Translations under genes and position numbers: made by a program
Notes under the pieces: generated by a model
Databases searched by the model: none
What the model saw: only the letters and a program-made list of their open reading frames with translations
Told to the model about the DNA's origin: nothing
Shown here: one piece after another, positions 59,789 through 64,000 of the stretch
How the letters are laid out: the number at the start of each line of letters is the position of its first letter
Numbering within the stretch: the first letter of the stretch is position 1
Source of the DNA: Candidatus Poribacteria bacterium
GTDB lineage: Bacteria > Poribacteria > WGA-4E > UBA9662
NCBI GenBank assembly: GCA_036339735.1
Contig: JAYZAL010000066.1
Coordinates: 32,001-96,000 of the forward strand
Reading direction: 5' to 3'
DNA length: 64,000 nucleotides

Positions 59789-61354
59789 ATGAAAAAGTTG
59801 GCGAAGGGTAATTCGGTGCCCTTAGATCAATCTGATAACGAGAATTTACTAGTAGAGAGTTCGTCTAATAACTTGGCCTACCGTTCCTTCGAAAAACAGA
59901 AGGCAACAGATCGATTACATCAAATACTGCCGACATATCGTGCAACGAACACGCCCATTAAACAAACGGCCAAGGCTATTAGATTTATTCTTCTAGCCAC
60001 TATACCTGTTGCGTTGATGGTTTGTTTAACAGCTCTTTTGTTCATTGGTTACAGAGCTTTCGGCGATTTTGAAACCTTCTGGCATCATCTAAGAGAGAAT
60101 AAGACATTTGCTGTTAGCCTCAGTGACGATAAAACTCTGCAAGATGTAGCGGTCGAGGATGTCTTAGCCAGATTGGAGTCTACTGATAAATCAGTTCATC
60201 AAAAGTTAGCAGAATTAGCCGCAGTTGGTTATGACTCGAATAATGGCTCAAGTTTGGTTATATATGATGAAAAGAAAAGAGCTGAGTACCGCCTAACGTA
60301 TGAACAACAGATTCAATTGGCGATCACTCAAGCTTATGAAATTTATAATCAGTATGATCCAGCCACGGAGGCAAGCGTTTTTGGCGTTACAACGGAAAAT
60401 TTAATATACCAAAAAGGACTAAAAGTCAGCGGGTACGCACCGATGACGCTACGGCAATCGCTATATGAAGGGCGTCGGTACTTTGCTTTTGCTTTGATTG
60501 CAGGTCAGTTAGCAGGCATTGATCCGCTACGTTTACTAAAAATATTTGAAATTGAAAGTAACTTTACTGAAACTGCGGTGGGTTCCAATCGACAGGGTGA
60601 TGCAGACGACGATATAGGTATAGCTCAAAATAATCTAGTAGTAATCCCAGGATTAATTCGAGAAATGCTGAACCCAAATAGCAAAGTATACTGTCCTTAC
60701 TTCGAATTTCTTTCTATTGGAGAAGATTTAGAAACTAAGCAACAGCTGTCGTGGTCTGGTTATCTGGTTCGGTTAGAGTCCGAGTTGGATGGGAGTTATC
60801 ATCGACCAAGTAACCCTTCAGGCAGATACTACATTAACTTGCTAAAAGCTCCACATATTTCGGCAATCTTAGCAGCCTACCATATTAAGCGAGACCAATA
60901 CTACGGATTTCAAAAGTGTGTCAAATTTTATCAAGAAAACGCTAAAGCGCTGAAGAAGACGCTCAACCTAAAAAGCGATATCGATCCATATCACTGGACA
61001 GATTATAGTTTTTACAATGGCGGCCCCACGCGATGGCGAATGATACAAAATTACTTAAAATTGACAGAGGCAAAAAAGCCAGTAGGTAAAAATTTACAGA
61101 CCATTGTCCGATTAACCAAGCATCGTAATCTCAATGCTCAAAAAATCGGAAGTAAAAACGAAGCTCTCCGTCAGATGACCTACGATATAGAAAAAGGCCA
61201 ACTGGTCGAAAATGATGGTGGCCAACAATATGGGTTGTACGGGTTTTGCGAGACATTTTCGCCTCGTCAACTAATGTACAATTTGAGTCAACAAGTAGCT
61301 GAATCCCCCATACCAACTCAGGTTAAAAATCGTTCTCGGTTGGAAACTCAATAA
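59789..61354 (+). CDS. Membrane-anchored protein with a divergent lytic transglycosylase (SLT-like) domain
   Basis: One TM helix (FILLATIPVALMVCLTALLFIG), then GIDPLRLLKIFEIESNF..A, DIGIAQ and FYNGGP, matching SLT motifs ES, GLMQ and AYNAG. Confidence 0.6.
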   Translation: MKKLAKGNSVPLDQSDNENLLVESSSNNLAYRSFEKQKATDRLHQILPTYRATNTPIKQTAKAIRFILLATIPVALMVCLTALLFIGYRAFGDFETFWHHLRENKTFAVSLSDDKTLQDVAVEDVLARLESTDKSVHQKLAELAAVGYDSNNGSSLVIYDEKKRAEYRLTYEQQIQLAITQAYEIYNQYDPATEASVFGVTTENLIYQKGLKVSGYAPMTLRQSLYEGRRYFAFALIAGQLAGIDPLRLLKIFEIESNFTETAVGSNRQGDADDDIGIAQNNLVVIPGLIREMLNPNSKVYCPYFEFLSIGEDLETKQQLSWSGYLVRLESELDGSYHRPSNPSGRYYINLLKAPHISAILAAYHIKRDQYYGFQKCVKFYQENAKALKKTLNLKSDIDPYHWTDYSFYNGGPTRWRMIQNYLKLTEAKKPVGKNLQTIVRLTKHRNLNAQKIGSKNEALRQMTYDIEKGQLVENDGGQQYGLYGFCETFSPRQLMYNLSQQVAESPIPTQVKNRSRLETQ

Positions 61355-61361
61355 AAAACCA

Positions 61362-63098
61362 GTGGACAAGAAACACAATTTAACACCTGCTTCTGGTTTC
61401 TTGTTGCTTCTAGTTTCAGTTTACTTGCTAGTTTTTTTAATCTATCCCCTCTTGTACGTATTCAAATCAGCTCTGTGGATCGAAGGGCGATTCAGCCTAC
61501 AATTTTTTGCTAACATTGTAACTGATGAGACACAGAGGATTCTGGTTGTTAATAGTTTCAAGTTAGCAGTTTCTGTTACCCTAGCGACTACCTTAGTTAG
61601 CTTACCTTTAGCCTACATATTGACTCGGTTTCGTTTTCCAGGTCGAGGGGTATTCCAAGGCTTAATTCTAATTCCAATGATTATGCCTCCTTTTGTCGGA
61701 GCAATTGGAATGAAACAACTGTTTGGTTTATACGGAAGTATAAATACTTTTCTCGTCCAGGCTGGCTTAGTGGATTTGGCTGATATAGCACCTGCTTCCT
61801 TTCTTGACTGGTTTGGAGGTGGTTTTTTTGGTGTAGTCTTATTGTCAACCCTACACCTATACCCAATCATGTATCTCAACGTTTCTGCTTCTTTAGCTAA
61901 TGTAGATCCCAGTTTAGAAGAAGCCGCAGAAAACATGGGTGCAAGCAAAACAAAGTTGTTTTTCACTATTACCCTACCATTGATGATTCCTGGGTATTTT
62001 GCGGGTGCTATAATCGTATTCATTTGGTCTTTTACTGATCTCGGTACCCCACTAATTTTCGACTACTACGACGTAATTGCTGTTCGAATTTTTAAACAAG
62101 TCAGCGACATAAACGTCAACCCAAGTGGTTATGCGCTTGTTGTTTTAATTATTACCCTAACAGCGGCCTGTTTCTGGGTATCAAAACGTATGACAGCTAG
62201 TAGACAATACGCTATGGTTGGCCGAGGACATGTAGGCTCGCGTGAAAATGAAGCCGTTGGTCTAACTCGTTGGTTTATCTACACATTTATGTGTGGTTTA
62301 GGATTGTTGGCTATTCTACCTCACCTAAGTATTATTATGATTTCCTTGACTCCGGACGCTAGCTTTTTAGAGCCTTTAGAAGACATCTTCCCAAAGCAAA
62401 TTACGTCCTCTCATTATGGTGATGTTTTTCAGCACGAAGATACTTTTCCAAGTATTAAAAATAGTCTCTTTTACAGTGTATTCAGCACCATATTAGCTGT
62501 TGTTTCAGGCCTACTAATTTCGTTTTTCCTAACTCGAAAAGAGTTACCTTTTAAAAATTTATTAGATTCAGTTGCCATGTTGCCACTAGCACTTCCAGGC
62601 GTTGCTATTGCTTTTGGCTATGTAGGAAGTTTTTCTAGTACGACTATTTTCTCTTTTTTAGACCCGCGTGAAAATCCAGTTGCATTACTAATCATTGGAT
62701 ATTCAGTTCGTCGTCTTCCATACATGCTACGGTCAATCTACGCAGGGTTACAACAAACATCAGTCACATACGAAGAAGCTTCAGCAAATCTTGGTGCAAC
62801 ATCAAGCCAAACGCTTTTCAAAATTACTTTTCCATTAATAGCAGCTAATATTATCGCAGGTTCAATTTTGGTTTTTTCTTTCTCGATGCTTGAGGTCAGT
62901 GAAAGTTTAATTCTAGCTATGAAAGACGAGTTTGCACCCATCACGAAAGCTATTTATAACCTATCGATGTATCCAGGGGGCGAAGGTACTTTTTTAGCTT
63001 GCGCTTTGGGTGTTGTCGGTATGTTATTGTTGATATTCTGTTTATTAATGGCCAGTCGTACTTTAGGTGGGAAGTTAGGAGAAATTTTCAAAATCTAA
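61362..63098 (+). CDS. ABC transporter permease, FbpB/iron(III)-type (two fused TM modules)
   Basis: IPMIMPPFVGAIG, LEEAAENMGAS, PLALPG, YEEASANLGAT; about 12 TM segments. Confidence 0.9.
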   Translation: MDKKHNLTPASGFLLLLVSVYLLVFLIYPLLYVFKSALWIEGRFSLQFFANIVTDETQRILVVNSFKLAVSVTLATTLVSLPLAYILTRFRFPGRGVFQGLILIPMIMPPFVGAIGMKQLFGLYGSINTFLVQAGLVDLADIAPASFLDWFGGGFFGVVLLSTLHLYPIMYLNVSASLANVDPSLEEAAENMGASKTKLFFTITLPLMIPGYFAGAIIVFIWSFTDLGTPLIFDYYDVIAVRIFKQVSDINVNPSGYALVVLIITLTAACFWVSKRMTASRQYAMVGRGHVGSRENEAVGLTRWFIYTFMCGLGLLAILPHLSIIMISLTPDASFLEPLEDIFPKQITSSHYGDVFQHEDTFPSIKNSLFYSVFSTILAVVSGLLISFFLTRKELPFKNLLDSVAMLPLALPGVAIAFGYVGSFSSTTIFSFLDPRENPVALLIIGYSVRRLPYMLRSIYAGLQQTSVTYEEASANLGATSSQTLFKITFPLIAANIIAGSILVFSFSMLEVSESLILAMKDEFAPITKAIYNLSMYPGGEGTFLACALGVVGMLLLIFCLLMASRTLGGKLGEIFKI

Positions 63099-63649
63099 AT
63101 TGTAATCCCACCTTGCTTGATTAATTTAGTCTCCGCTGTCAAAATTACCAAAATCAAACTGAACACCAAACCGTCTGGTTTTGATTTCGAGAAAGGTAAA
63201 TACGTTTTTGGAATACACTCGGGTCCAAAGTGTTGGTATGACATGCTGGGCCTCCTTCTGAGCTACTTTGTCAGTCTACTGATATGGAAGCAAACACTCA
63301 AAAATTAGTTCCTACAAATCTGGCTGGCAAAATAGCTAGATTCATGTCTGTTCTATAGGAGTTAAAAATCTAAAAAATCAGAAGCTCAGATGGTTAGGCC
63401 AATATAAAGCAACACAGAGGCTAATTACTCTTATAAGAAAACTGGTCTAACTCCTACAAATTCGGCAATTCCGCCTCTAAGTTTTTAGATATTCCTTGTC
63501 TTTCTAGCAAAGATACAAAAATTCAAGTTGAACTTTTATTACCAATTAGCCGTTATCATTTTATGGTAGGTTAGTTTAGGAAAATCACCACTGAATAAAG
63601 ACAAAAGTTGAATTGATTAGACCTTAATCCTTCGGACTCCACTTTTTAG

Positions 63650-64000
63650 ATGTACATAGAATTGAATCTTCAATTTTTTCAGTTCCCAAATAGAATTATA
63701 TCTCATCTAACTATTTTATTATTCATGGTAGCTGCAGCTCATGTATCAATTGCAACACCTTTTTTCAAAAATGTAAATGAGATCGCTGGCATTGAATTCA
63801 ACCACCAATCTGGAAAAAGTAAAGAAAAACATATGATTGAAACCATGGGGTCAGGGGTTATACTAATCGACTACAACAATGACGGTTTATTAGATCTCTA
63901 TTTGGTAAATTCTGGAGATACTTCAACAGGAAAAAATGGAGTTGGCAACGTTTTATACAGAAATAATGGAGGTGGAACATTCACAGATACCACTAATGAA
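63650..64000 (+). CDS. CRTAC1-like FG-GAP protein, 5' part only; missing from the ORF track
   Basis: Manual translation: signal-like segment, FKNVNEIAGIEFNH..KHMIETMGSGVILIDYNNDGLLDLYLVN..NVLYRNNGGGTFTD. Paralogous to 44875..46569. Confidence 0.85.
   Translation, partial: MYIELNLQFFQFPNRIISHLTILLFMVAAAHVSIATPFFKNVNEIAGIEFNHQSGKSKEKHMIETMGSGVILIDYNNDGLLDLYLVNSGDTSTGKNGVGNVLYRNNGGGTFTDTTNE

Noticed and set aside
63099-63649. Small ORF 63117..63308 and the surrounding AT-rich gap
   Set aside because: No RBS, motif or convincing RNA structure was seen.
1-64000. Prophage, IS, integron, tRNA or rRNA
   Set aside because: No integrase, transposase, phage structural gene, cloverleaf or rRNA signature was recognised.

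Overview
Bacterial chromosomal window of roughly 40% GC (by eye), densely coding. I found no rRNA, tRNA, CRISPR array or recognisable mobile element. The LptD/SurA genes indicate a diderm organism. The mix of FG-GAP/CRTAC1-like, FGE-domain, PhyH and giant Ig-repeat genes resembles Candidatus Poribacteria, but that assignment is inference only. Main blocks: (1) 1.4-24.4 kb, an envelope-biogenesis run with two cyclophilin lipoproteins, DUF3108, mfd, three parvulin/SurA-like genes, an LptD whose barrel is interrupted by a ~400-aa nested triple-parvulin insert, a 2336-aa Ig-repeat protein with a T9SS-CTD-like C-terminus, and a PorV/PorQ-like barrel. (2) 24.6-34.3 kb (minus strand), a complete Pup-proteasome operon (arc-dop-pup[GGE]-prcB-prcA-pafA) followed by ppdK, behind a perfect sigma70 promoter and a ~250-nt structured leader. 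(3) 34.4-49.5 kb, O-methyltransferase, an AAA+ ATPase with inserted Ig-like domains and non-canonical catalytic motifs, a 2048-aa repeat/CBM9-like exported protein, FGE-domain, CRTAC1-like, a metallophosphoesterase-ThuA fusion and argJ. (4) RNase P RNA at 49.6-50.0 kb. (5) PhyH-GGT, TPR-hisC, three orphan ORFs (one with a hidden lytic-transglycosylase motif set), an FbpB-type permease and a partial CRTAC1-like gene. All calls come from motif recognition by eye; no database searches were run.
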